This document shows, in pieces, positions 1-17,630 of a stretch of 64,000 nt of DNA. The notes beneath the pieces were generated by a model. The model made no database searches and was not told the origin of the DNA. It saw only the letters and a list, made by a program, of their open reading frames with translations. Each line of letters opens with the position of its first letter. Position 1 is the first letter of the stretch. Source of the stretch: the human T2T-CHM13v2.0 reference genome, Homo sapiens. The stretch is taken from the NCBI RefSeq assembly GCF_009914755.1, contig NC_060931.1, one strand, 5' to 3'. The translations under genes and the position numbers were made by a program.

Positions 1-98
1 GCTTGAGCTCAGGTGGTTGCAGCTACAGTGAGCTGTGATCACACCACTACACTCCAGCCTAGGGGACAGAGTGAGAACCTGTTTCAAAAAAATTAAAA
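1..98 (+). mobile_element. Alu right-arm 3' fragment (AluJ-like), cut by window start
   Basis: GCAGTGAGC..CACTCCAGCC..GACAGAGTGAGA followed by an A-rich tail. Confidence 0.85.
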
Positions 99-282
99 TA
101 AGCCACAGAATGGAAAGAATATTGGCAGCACATGTATCTGACAAAGGACTTGTGCAGAATATGTAGAGAACTCCTACAAATTAACCCTGAAGAGAACAAC
201 TCCTAAAAAATGAACAGAAGATTTGATCAGGCCCCCTCAAAGAAGATCTAAGAATGGCCAATGAATACATAAAAGATTCCCA

Positions 283-607
<325 letters not shown>

Positions 608-1028
608 TCATCAAGGAAATGAACGTGATCACCATGGTAGACACAGTGGCTAAATTTTAAAAGATCGACAGTCCCAAATGCTGACAAAGATGTGGGGAAC
701 ATGGACGGCTCCATGCTGCTGTTTGGAACATGGAATGGCACCGTCTCTCTGGAGTGCTGCTGATTACAAAGAGCAACACGTACCTACCCTATGACTCGGC
801 AATTCCCCTTTGGTGTTTACACAAGAGAAATGAAAACGTACGTTCATAAAATGACATGCACTAGGATATGGATAGCAGCCTTGTTCAGAAGAACCCCAGA
901 GTGAAAAGAGCCCAGATGGATACCATGCATCTGGGTCCATCGTGGTATGTTTATGCAGTGGAATACTATGCAGCAATAAAACTACTGATATGAGTAATGA
1001 TGTGGATGGTTCTTAAAAACTATACTGA

Positions 1029-1431
<403 letters not shown>

Positions 1432-1507
1432 TCACCTGGGGAGAGGAAGGAAATTGACTGAAAAAGGGGAGAAAGAACTTTCTGGGCTGATGGTGGCATC
1501 TAATCTT

Positions 1508-2137
<630 letters not shown>

Positions 2138-3126
2138 GGTCTGTGTTTTGTTTGGGTAGTGGCTACCTGGGAGTATGTAATTATCAAAACTCGCTGAACG
2201 GAATGCCTAAAATCCGCGCATTTTGTAGTGTGTTAATTATAGTTCAATTAGAAAATGACACACACATGACCCCTGCTTGACTCAGACACGGTAATAGAAA
2301 TTGGGAGACAGAAGTGCAATGACTGTGAGGGAGAATGAAAGGTGCTGCAATGTTCTATTCCTTTCCAGGAGTTTAACTCTAAAATTGAACCTAGCTTTAT
2401 GATACGTTCAAGGAGTGGGAGTCTCTTGAATTTAAGAGGCAAATTTAGGCAGAACAGCTGGCTAATTAGTGTGCTGCCCTGGGAGCCATTGTGTTTTACA
2501 AGTGAGAAGGTTCCATAGCCCCAGGACTGGTTTCTCTAAGCCCTAATCTCCCCCTGAGGGCCTGGACTTGCCCTACTGGAGAGGGCTCGACTGACTCCTC
2601 CCCTGAAGCAGCTCACACACTACACTGTCTCCCCGTCCCTCAGACCTCGTCCTCAAAGAAAAACCCCAGTGCCAACCTGCTTAGGCTCAAGTGCATTTTC
2701 AGGGGAGCAAAATCTTTTGACCAAGAAGAGACCTTTCCATCTGCTACAGGCAGGCCAGGAGCCTGGTGGCATGAGGGATGTTGACTTCCTGAACCCAGGT
2801 GGCAACGTGGCAAAGGGTGGGGTTAACCACTCCATCTATCTGCCCTGACCAGGGTGACCACAGCTTTGGGCTGGTTCAGGCAGGAAGCACAGATGCATGC
2901 TAAGAGTTTCCACTGTGGGTATGGAGGGGCAGGAAGTCAGGAGTAGTGGGTGAGGAGTGGGAGAGGACCCTGAAAACAGGGTTGGATGGATGGTCGTGCG
3001 AGGAATTGTGGTCAACATCAGCTCCATCCCCATCTGATTCTATCCTTTGTTGGGGGGGGTGGGGAGTCAGACGTGCAGACACAGCTTGGCAGCAGGTGCA
3101 GAGAATGACCAAAAAGCAAACACAAT

Positions 3127-3330
3127 GGAAGTGAAGGTCATGAGCTTTGGACCTTCCAGATGTGGGTTCAAGTCATGGCTCTGGTGCTAGCAATGCAAAC
3201 TTGTACATGTTACTTAATTTGCCTAAATCTCAGTTTCCTCTCCTGTAGAATAAAGACAATAGTAGCTGCTATAAAGGATGAGTTGGAAGTTATGTTAAAT
3301 GGGGTGATGTCAGCTGAGTGTTTGGTAAAG
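3127..3330 (+). mobile_element. MIR
   Basis: GGGTTCAAGTC...CTCAGTTTCCTCTCCTGTAGAAT core. Confidence 0.7.
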
Positions 3331-3703
3331 GGTATCATTGGTTCTGGGTGGTGGCTGTATTCTAATGGGGCCCTAGCCAATGACTTTTGAGACAAAGGAG
3401 AGAATGAAGCCCCCATGGAGTGGGTCAGGGCCACAGCCAAGGAGGGTGAGGCTCACAGCAGTGCTCCCATTCCAGCAGAAAGCCAGAGGGCTAATCAGAA
3501 AATGGGTGGGCTGCTCATCTATATTTTATGTCTTAGGCTGTGTTCTCTAGAAGCAGATCTTTGGGGAAGAATTCATGTGAAAGTGAAAATCCCCTGGTAG
3601 AAATTGCTCTTAGGAAAAACTAATTGGAAAGTAGGGAAGCAGGACCAGGAAGAGAAGGTGGCCAAGGGAGGGCACAATATCAAGCAAAGTCTCACAGAGA
3701 ACC

Positions 3704-4156
3704 ATAGTAGCCACCCCAAGATGGCACCCAAGGATGCTCCCCTCATGGTATTTCTGCCTTTGCATATCCCTGCTCCCACTTTGAATACGATGGACCTGTT
3801 TAACAACGGCGATTGTGAAACAGATGGAGTGTGGCTTCCAAGGCTAGATCACAAAAGACTGCAGTGTCTCCCTTGCTCTCTTGGTTCACTCACTCTGGAC
3901 GAAGCCAGCCACCATGTTGTGAGGATGCTCAAGTAGTCTGTGGAGAGGCTGATGTGGTGAGGAACTGAGGCCTCTTGCCAACAACCACTCCAACTTGCTG
4001 GCCTTGTGAGGGAGCCTTCTTGGAAGCAGATCCCCCTGTCTCAGTTGAGTCTTGAGGTGACGCAGCCCAGCTGGCATCTTGACTGCCACCTCATGAGAGA
4101 CATAAGCCAGAATCACCCAGCTAAGCCACCCATGAATTCCTGACCCACAAAAACTG
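3704..4156 (+). mobile_element. MLT1E/F-like MaLR LTR, 3' end missing
   Basis: GAAGCCAGCCACCATGTTGTGAGG, GGAAGCAGATCC, CAGAATCACCCAGCTAAGCC. Confidence 0.8.
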
Positions 4157-4525
4157 TGCTTTGGATTGAATATGTCCCCCAAAGTCCATGTGTTGGAAAC
4201 TTATTCCTCAATGCAACAATGCTGAGAGGTAGGACCTCTAAGAGGTGATTATGTCATGAGGGCTCTGCCTTCATAAATTAATGTTATTATCATGGAGTGG
4301 GGTTTTTATGAAAGCAATTTCACCTCCCTCTCCCCCCTCTCTCATCCTTTTTTGCCATGTGATGCCTTCTGCCATGTTATGGTGCAGCAAGAAAGTCCTC
4401 ATCAGATGCAGACCTTTGATCTTGGACTTCCCAGCCTCTAGAACCATGAGCCAATAGATTTCTGCTCTTTATAAATTTTCAAGTCTCAGGTATTCTGCAG
4501 AAGCAGCACAAATTTGATTAAGGCA
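4157..4525 (+). mobile_element. MST(D)/MLT1A-like MaLR solo LTR
   Basis: TG...CA ends; CCCCCAAAGTCCATGTGTTGGAAACTT; ATCTTGGACTTCCCAGCCTCTAGAAC. Confidence 0.8.
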
Positions 4526-7372
4526 CCCTCTTAGTGGCATTAATGCCCAAAGCATATGCATACATTTCCAGAGGTCAGAGCCCCCTAGAACTTTGGTGCT
4601 TAGAAATAGGAATGGATTTCTGAATTCAGAGGTAACACGCTGCCTCATATCACACACTCGCAGCTTCCTTTATGTAACGTACCTTATTGATTTCTATTTA
4701 ATAATGACTGATGCAGCTCTTGGGCCTTTATCTGATGAATCAAAGCTGTCTGTCAAATAGGAGAGATAGGGCAGGAGTGAAGCATTATTATTCCAAAGCA
4801 CAGTCATTAGATTAATAGTAAGCTCCAGCAACACCATTAACGTGGGGAGAATCGATGAAATAACAGAGGCAAGGCTGCCTCCAGATAAGATCACTGCTTC
4901 TCTAGCATGTGTCCTATTTATAGATCATATGTGTTCACTCTACCTTTGGCTCTTTCTTCCATCGAGGGCTCCCAAGTGAGCTGATTATAATCTTTAAGAC
5001 TACGTGTCAGCAGCATAAACCACCATCACCATCACTCCTTATCCTTGACCCATCGTCTTCCACCTGCCCACCAGGAAAATTAGACAACACTCTGTTGCTT
5101 TGTTTTGGAACAAAGACATTTTTCACAACTTTCCCAAAAGAAATTTTTGTCTCACCATGATCAATCTTTTCCTAGAATTTGGGAAAATAAAAACTTTAAG
5201 GCCATAAATAGTAAACTTTGAAAATCATTTCCCCAAATGGATTTCCCTGTGCCCTTCTGTTCACAAACAGTTAGCTCTCCCAATTCATAGCTTGTCAGCA
5301 AAGTGACTTTATTTTAATGTCTTTAGTTTTCAGCTTCTCGATTTATTATTCAGAATAGGTGGAGGGAAGGGGGGAGAAGACCCTTTCTCTGGAAGGTACT
5401 CCTTTCTGAATCTAAGGAAATGATTCTCTAGTTCTGTACTAGAGAGTTGAGTGAGACTAAAGCTGGTGGTGTTAGGAAGGTGGGCAAGGTCGTCACTGAC
5501 AGCTCTCTTAAGAATCTTAAGCATGTATGAAGGGATGGACAAAGGAAGACCACCAGTGGATGAAACAGAGTCTCAGTGCCATGTGAAAAGTGGCCAGCCT
5601 TGAGAGATCCCTTTTAGCCATCACATCCATCCCTGCAACCTGGACAGCACCTCCTCCACTCAGGACCTCCTCCACCTCCTCCACTCTGAGATCCACCCCC
5701 TGTCCATGGCTCATTCTGAACCACAGGCTTCTTCCACGCCTCACTCTGCCTGCCATCTTGGCTTGAACCCTCCCAGCCTCTGAGCTCACTGATCATACAT
5801 TGATTATTTTTCTGTGTCTAGCTTCATCTTGCCCTTCGGACTTGATGCTTTGATAGGATTCCAGTTTTTATCTTGAGCTATTATTGACTTAGTTGAACCA
5901 AGAGGGAAGTTGAACTAAGCCACAGCACATTTCCTCTGCCCTCAGTGTCTGCCCCTACCCCAAGAAGAGTCATCTTGCCTTTCCCTTGCCTTTCCCCACA
6001 AATAGGACCTTAATAGAGAGATATGGGACCTGGAGAGAGACATCTAGAGTCAAGTCAGAACAGATTAGAGCAACCTGTGGCCCAAGCTGGCATCTCTTTC
6101 TCTTGGATGTTCTCTGTGTACCGCTGTCCCTCGATAACTTTACACGTGTGAAGGTAACATTTAAGAAAATAATTTTCCCCCACATCCCGCTCTGTGCATT
6201 GCCAATGGTTTCTAATCAGATGGCTTGAGGTCTCCCCTCCACCCCCAATTTTCCTTTATGTTTCAGATTAGAACTATGGACTTTCTACTGATGGCCTATT
6301 AAAATGTATCTTTTGATTAAAATCATACAGCTCATCACCAAACATGCCAAGCCATGATAATACATGAAGGGTAAAACTTGGGCACGTAACTCATAAATTC
6401 TAAATGATGATGACTCCATTCTTCTCTCCCTTTGAAAATTTAAGATCAAAATCCTGTAAAAGTGGAAATAATCTGAATGCTCAACAACAGGGATGGGTAA
6501 AGAAATGGACTCGCCCTAGTAAACAATTAATGATCGAGTTCGCAAAGACCACTTGGTGACTGCTGCGTGAAAAAGATGGGATACGAAGACCTGTCTTCCA
6601 TGTAAGCCCCATTCTGCAGTGGCCTGCAGCCTCACCTGGGGCACTGGCCTGCAGGTCTGGGACCATCTCTATCTTCCTTCCAAGTCTTGCTGGGGAGGGC
6701 AGGCCAAGTCAGTTGTGAGAGTGCAGTCTCGATGATGTTAGAAGCGTAGGGTCCTTAGCAGGACGTCAACTAAGGTTGCAGTGAAGGGCTGCAATTTTAA
6801 GCCAGGCGCAAGGTGGAAAAAGCCTGTGGTGCTGGTGGGTGGTAGAGAGTTGGTGGTGAGGAGGGGAGTGGGGCAGGGGAGGATAAGAGGAGAGTGGGGA
6901 ACCACAGGGATGGAGTTGGGGAGGACTGGTCGTCCACAATCACCGTAATGAGAACCTGAACTAGCAATGGCAAGTCTCCTCAGGAGATGGTGTTCAAGCC
7001 CTATCTTTACTCTTTGGAGCCTATCTTGATTGTTTTTTAAATGTGATTTTTACAGAGGCACAGAATGAATAGAATCTGTGTCATGTTGACAGTTCACGGG
7101 GCTGAGTTCCTGTCTGTTCCATTTCGTGTCCTGCTGTGTCCTAAGCAGGAACACACATCCAGCCCACAGAGACTGGGGAGTGACCACAGAATGGGAGGTA
7201 GGGTGTCTGTGGCAGGCTGTAGCTCCCTGGGCTGAGGTTCACTGGATTAAATCAAATAAACAACAAATACCTTTTCTTAGTATAAATATTTGTATTGACT
7301 GTTTCTGGCAACCATACCTGGACCCTTCATTTATCAGAAGAAAAGATTAGGTTAGAATTTACCACTTTCATG

Positions 7373-7710
7373 GAAGGAGGGGGAGAGGAGAGATGAGAAA
7401 GGGGAGGGGAGACAGGAAAGAGAAAGGAGAGAGAGGAGGGAGGGAGAGAAAGAGGAGAGGGAGGGAGGGAGAGAGGGGGATGTTGAGAGATAAAGAGAGG
7501 GGGATGTTGAGAGATAAAGAGGGAGGGAGAGAGAGAGGGAGAGGGAAGAAGGAGGGGGAGAAGAGAGGGAAGAAGGAGGGGGAGAAGAGAGGGAAGAAAG
7601 GGGCGGTGCAGAAAGACGGAGGGGGAGAGGAGAGAGAAAGAGGGAGGGAGAGAGAGGAAAGCAGGGAGGAAGGGAAAGGGAGAGGTTAAAAGAGAGATTG
7701 AGAGAGGAGA
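7373..7710. repeat. GA-rich polypurine low-complexity tract with internal 24-bp duplications
   Basis: Almost pure G/A on +; GAGAGGGGGATGTTGAGAGATAAA x2 and GAGAGGGAAGAAGGAGGGGGAGAA x2-3. Confidence 0.95.
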
Positions 7711-8316
7711 AGCTTCCTAGCACTTCTCTCCTCCGAGCGCAGAGCCCTGTTAGAACAGCCTGTCTCCTTTCATGAAGCTTCTCTGCCACCTTCTCTCCCA
7801 CCCTCCTGCATTTGTCCCTTTTGGAGACAGCACTGGAATTTACCTGGAATGAGCCTTCTCTCTGCTCCCCTTGCACATGGGCTGGCTGCCAGCAGCTTTC
7901 TCCACCAGCCTCCGACAGAAACCCTGCAGAGCTTCCGTTCTGCGTTCAGCCACCATCGCCTCCCACCCAGTGGTTTCTAAACAATCTCTGAGCAAGATTT
8001 TGGTTTTATCAGCCTATTAACTTCTCCCTTTTTCATTTTGGGGAAGGGGTCCACCAACATTCATCTTGTGCTGAACAGGAGCTGTTTTCTGCTCAGCTCT
8101 TGTTCTTGGGTGACCTGGCATGGAGGGATATCTCCAGACCTTGGGGAGTCGTCAAATAAGCCTGGATCTGAGAACTGAGGGATGCTAGGGGTGACATCCA
8201 CACTCAGGAGGGGTGAGGCAAATGCCCCCTTCATTGTGTTCTCATGAATCTGGTTCTTCCAAAGATTTTGTTTACTAAGTTGCATTTATTAAGAAATAAT
8301 GCTTGTTTTGAAGAAT

Positions 8317-8624
8317 ATTATTATTATTTTTGAGACAGGGTATTGCTCCATTGCCCAGGCTGGAGTACAGTGGTGCAATCATGGTTCACTGTAGCCTTGA
8401 CCTCCTGGGCTCAAGCAATCCTCCTGTCTCAGCCTCCTGAGTAGGTGAGACCACAGGTATATACACCACCATGCCTAGCTAATTAATTTTTTTTTTTTTT
8501 TTTGGTAGAGATAGGGTCTTGCTATGTTGCCAAGGCTGGTCTCAAATTCCTGGGCTCAAGCGATCCACCTGCCTCAGCACCCCCAAAGTGATGGTATTAC
8601 AGGCATGGGCTACTGCACCCAACC
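8317..8624 (-). mobile_element. AluJ
   Basis: Reverse-complement dimeric Alu. Confidence 0.92.
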
Positions 8625-9009
8625 AAAATTATTCTTATTAATCAAATATGTACATCAGGCAATCGGCTCTTCCACTAGCCAGAGCTAAGCAGTGTTTTCC
8701 ATGAAGTGGATCTGATTCCAGTTGAAGGAATCTAATTAGGCTCTGTATTCTAATTAGGCTGAGTGGCATCAAGCTCTGTAAAAACACAGGGGCTTCCATT
8801 AGACTTTTGGAAATACAGAGGTAAGACTAAAAGTCCCATTGCTGTCTGTATGGATGCTGGGATGGAGCCCAGCTTGGGATAGAAGATGTTAGTGACTCTG
8901 GAAGACAGAACTCCAGAAGAAAGGCTTAAAAGCCAGAGTTATTTTGCAGTTGAGGACTTGAAACCTCCACCAGTAAGCACACTATTTTGGTACAACTGAG
9001 TGATTAAGT

Positions 9010-9541
<532 letters not shown>

Positions 9542-9989
9542 TGACATCAAATTATAATGTGGTTGTCAACCAGAACTGAAGTGAGAAGGCAAGCATGTGT
9601 CACTTCTGGAAACCCACACAGAAGCTAAAAAAAACCTCCTTTCCTAGAAGCTTCCATTAAAACCCTCCTCAGGGCTCATTGGTCTATTTTGCAAAGCTCA
9701 TGTGGTCATCTCTGAATCCATCACAGTCCAGGGGATGAGACTACATTGGTCAGATTAGGCCTGAGCTATCTACCCCTTCTCTAGAGCCAGAGGTGGAGTT
9801 AGCTCCAAAGAATGTGCCTGAATGAAGGTTGGGAGACTCACAAAGATTTAGGAAGATAACACTGCAAAGCACTAGACACACAGGGAGCACTCCATAAGTG
9901 TGAGCTAATTACTGGCCATTATTGTCATCCTGGTGAAATCTGGTTAATCAAGAGTCTTATTCTACTGAAAATGTTTATGTCCATATGCC

Positions 9990-10455
9990 TCCATCATCCT
10001 CACCATCATGATCCCCATCATTATCATCATCCTCACCATCTTCTTCATCATCATCTTCACCGTCATGATCACCACCATCATCACCATCATCTTCATCACC
10101 ATTCCCTCTTCATCATCATGTTCATCATCATCCTCACCATCATCTTCACTATCATCACCTTCATCACCATCCTCTTCACCATCACCATCAAGATCACCAT
10201 CACCATCACCACTATGTTCATCATCCTCACCATCATCTTTATCATTACCATCATCTTCATCATCACCACCCTCTTCACCATCATCCTCACCATCATGATC
10301 ACCGTCATCATCATCATCAACCTCAGCATCATCTTCACCATTCTCTTCATCATCATCCTCATTATCATAATCACCATCATCATATCACTATCATCTTTAT
10401 CATCATAACCATCATCTTCACCATCATGATCATCATTATCATCGTCATCTTCACT
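9990..10455. repeat. Degenerate (CAT/CAC/CTT)n trinucleotide repeat, about 465 bp
   Basis: Directly visible; source of the His-, Ile-, Ser- and Met-rich pseudo-ORFs. Confidence 0.97.
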
Positions 10456-10559
10456 GGCACCATCGTTGGCCAAGTGCCTACTGTGTGCTGCTGGCACCAT
10501 TTCAGACACATTGCAAACCTATATCTAATCCTTGGGACAACTTGTGAAACAGGATATCA

Positions 10560-11170
10560 CTAGTTGACTACCCCCAGTGCATTCTCCCCCTTGTTCCTTA
10601 CGATATAAAATCCTGAGATTTCGCTTAATGTGGCATGATACCAAAGATCTAAAACCTACACTAATAAAAACAAACAAAACCTACTCATCCAGTTGGGCAT
10701 GATGATGCAAAATTGTGAAACAGTTAGAAATAGATGTAAAATGTCCTATGCAATGAATAGACAAAGAAAAAAAAACCCATACGGTACCAGCTTCCTTTGC
10801 AGTTATGTGTGGTCATGTGACATAATCTAGCCAATGAGATAAGAGAAGTCTGCCAGAGACTTCTGAGAAAATCTCACCTCTCTGCTGCAGGCACCATCCG
10901 TTCCTCAGTGCTACTTTCCTTTTCTTCCTGCTCGCAACACAGGCCCTCAAAGCTGTGGAAGAGAAACTCTCTCATGATCATGAAGGAGAAAGACACCCAC
11001 TAAGAAGGACAAAAAGGGGAAGTTTGGGACATTGAGGCTATCATGGACCAATTCACCAGCCCTGGGATGCATCCTCCAGCACCTCATTATGTGTTGAGGG
11101 GAAGAAAGGCACCCTCTTTGCTGAAGTCACTGAAGTTGGGTTTCTGCTGCAGACAAGTGAATACAGCTTC
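10560..11170 (+). mobile_element. MLT1J-like MaLR LTR containing an unexplained insert
   Basis: CAGCTTCCTTTGCAG..GGTCATGTGAC..GCCAATGAGATA; AAGTCACTGAAGTTGGGTTTCTG. Confidence 0.65.
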
Positions 11171-11319
11171 TAAAAGGAGACTGCTGGACAAAATGAGCCC
11201 TGTCATAGATGAAGAAACCAATGCACAGAGAGGGAAAGCATTTACTCCAAGTATGAAATTCAGGCTCCCAAACCAATGCTCCCACCTTAAAAAGCAGGGA
11301 AATTCTGACACAGGCTGCC

Positions 11320-11662
11320 AAATGGATGGATCTTGAGAACATCCATCTTGAGATGGTGCAAAGTGAAACAAGCCAGTCAGAAAGGACATATAACGTATGA
11401 TTCCACTTACGTGAGGGACTTGGAGTTGTCATATTCATAGAGACAGAAAGTGGAATGGTGGTTACCAGGAGCGGGTGGAGGGAGAGCAGGAGTGAGTGGC
11501 TAATGGGTGCAGAATTTCAGTTTGAGAATATGAGAAAGTTCTGGAGATGGATGGTAGTGATGGTTGCAGAACACTGTGAATGTGCTTAGTGCCTCTGAAC
11601 TGTGCCCTTAGAAATGGCTAAGATTGTAAGGTTTTTGTTATACGTATTTTATTGCAATAAAA
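11320..11662 (+). mobile_element. L1MA/MB 3' UTR fragment
   Basis: GTGAAACAAGCCAGTCAG..TATGATTCCACTTA..AAAGTTCTGGAGATGGATGGTAGTGATGGTTGC. Confidence 0.85.
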
Positions 11663-12152
11663 ACATATGATGTGGGAAAACTTTACTAAAAACAAAACAA
11701 GGGGCGGAGCCAAGATGGCCCAATAGGAACAGCTCTGGTCTACAGCTCCCAGCGTGAGCGACGCAGAAGACGGGTGATTTCTGCATTTCCATCTGAGGTA
11801 CTAGATTCATCTCACTAGGGAGTGCCAGACAGTGGGCGCAGGACAGTGGGTGCAGTGCACCGTGCGCAAGCCGAAGCAGGGTGAGGAATTGCCTCACTTG
11901 GGAAGTGCAAGGGGTCACGGAGTTCCCTTTCCTAGTCAAAGAAAGTGGTGACAGACGGCACCTGGAAAATCGGGTCACTCCCACCCCAACACTGCGCTTT
12001 TCTAACGGGCTTAAAAAATGGCGCACCAGGAGATTATATCCCGCACCTGGCTCGGAGGGTCCTACACCCACGGAGTCTGGCTGATTGCTAGCAAAGCAGT
12101 CTGAGATCAAACTGCAAGGTGGCAGCGAGGCTGGGGGAGGGGCGCCCACCAT
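11649..12152 (-). CDS. L1 ORF0 (antisense), 167-aa extended form running into the flank
   Basis: N-terminus MVGAPPPASLPPCSLISDC..DSVGVGPSEPG matches primate L1 ORF0; translation at this locus unproven. Confidence 0.5.
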   Translation of the reverse strand: MVGAPPPASLPPCSLISDCFASNQPDSVGVGPSEPGAGYNLLVRHFLSPLEKRSVGVGVTRFSRCRLSPLSLTRKGNSVTPCTSQVRQFLTLLRLAHGALHPLSCAHCLALPSEMNLVPQMEMQKSPVFCVAHAGSCRPELFLLGHLGSAPCFVFSKVFPHHMFLLQ

Positions 12153-12723
12153 TGCCCAGGCTTGCTTAGGTAAACAAAGCAGGCGGGAAGCTCAAACTGG
12201 GTGGAGCCCACCACAGCTCAAGGAGGCTTGCCTGCCTCTGTAGGCTCCACCTCTGGGGGCAGGGCACAGACAAACAAAAAGACAGCAGTAACCTCTGCAG
12301 ACTTAAATGTCCCTGTCTGACAGCTTTGAAGAGAGTAGTGGTTCTCCCAGCACACAGCTGGAGATCTGAGAACGGGCAGACTGCCTCCTCAAGTGGGTCC
12401 CTGACCCCTAACCCCCGAGCAGCCTAACTGGGAGGCACCACCCAGGAGGGGCAGACTGACACCTCACATGGCTGGGTACTCCTCTGAGACAAAACTTCTA
12501 GAGGAACGATCAGGCACCAGCATTCGCGGTTCACCAATATCCGCTGTTCTGCAGCCACCGCTGCTGGTACCCAGGCAAACAGGGTCTAGAGTGGACCTCT
12601 AGCAAACTCCAACAGACCTGCAGCTGAGGGTCCTGTCTGTTAGAAGGAAAACAAACAGAAAGGACATCCACACCAAAAACCCATCTGTACATCACCATCA
12701 TCAAAGACCAAAAGACTACAAAG
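11701..12723 (+). promoter_or_regulatory. L1 5'UTR internal sense promoter and antisense promoter; YY1 site at 11711-11720
   Basis: CAAGATGGCC at +11; 5'UTR complete but with many CpG-to-TpG changes. Confidence 0.8.
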
Positions 12724-13739
12724 ATGGGGAAAAAACAGAGCAGAAAAACTGGAAACTCTAAAAAGCAGAGCACCTCTCCTCCTCCAAAGGAACGCAGCTC
12801 CTCACCAGCAATGGAACAAAGCTGGATGGAGAATGACTTTGACGAGTTGAGAGAAGAAGGCTTCAGACGATCAAACTACTCTGAGCTAAAGGAGGAAATT
12901 CAAACCAAAGGCAAAGAAGTTGAAAACTTTGAAAAAAATTTAGATGAATGTATAACTAGAATAACCAATACAGAGAAGTGCTTAAAGGAGCTGATGGAGC
13001 TGAAAGCCAAGCTCAAGAACTACGTGAAGAATGCAGAAGCCTCAGGAGCTGATGCGATCAACTGGAAGAAAGAGTATCAGTGATGGAAGATGAAATGAAT
13101 GAAATGAAGCGAGAAGGGAAGTTTAGAGAAAAAAGAATAAAAAGAAATGAACAAAGCCTCCAAGAAATATGGGACTATGTGAAAAGACCAAATATACATC
13201 TGATTGGTGTACCTGAAAGTGACAGGAAGAATGGAACCAAGTTGGAAAACACTCTGCAGGATATTATCAAGGAGAACTTCCCCAATCTAGCAAGGCAGGC
13301 CAACATTCAGATTCAGGAAATACAGAGAATACCACAAAGATACTCCTTGAGAAGAGCAACTCCAAGACACATAATTGTCAGATTCACCAAAGTTGAAATG
13401 AAGGAAAAAATATTAAGGGCAGCCAGAGAGAAAGGTCGGGTTACCCACAAAGGGAAGCCCATCAGACTAACAGCTGATCTCTTGGCAGAAACTCTACAAG
13501 CCAGAAGAGAGTGGGGGCCAATATTCAACATTCTTAAAGAAAAGAATTTTCAACCCAGAATTTCATATCCAGCCAAACTAAGCTTCATAAGTGAAGGAGA
13601 AATAAAATACTTTACAGACAAGCAAATGCTGAGAGATTTTGTCACCACCAGCCCAGCCCTAAAAGAGCTCCTGAAGGAAGGACTAAACATGGAAAGGAAC
13701 AACCGGTACCAGCCACTGCAAAATCATGCCAAATCGTAA
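12724..13739 (+). pseudogene. L1 ORF1p, frameshifted near 13010
   Basis: MGKKQSRKTGNSK... and ...RRATPRHIIVRF..YPAKLSF.. lie in two different frames. Confidence 0.95.
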
Positions 13740-13802
13740 AGACCATCGAGGCTAGGAAGAAACTGCATCAACTAACAAGCAAAATAACCAGCTAACATCA
13801 TA

Positions 13803-17630
<3,828 letters not shown>

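Noticed and set aside
7352-7876. Ser/Leu/Pro-rich and Arg/Glu/Gly-rich ORFs
   Set aside because: Artefact of the GA tract
9971-10509. His-rich, hydrophobic and Met-rich ORFs resembling metal-binding or membrane proteins
   Set aside because: Artefact of the (CAT)n repeat
10699-10760. C/D-box snoRNA (ATGATGA box C)
   Set aside because: No terminal CTGA box D and no terminal stem
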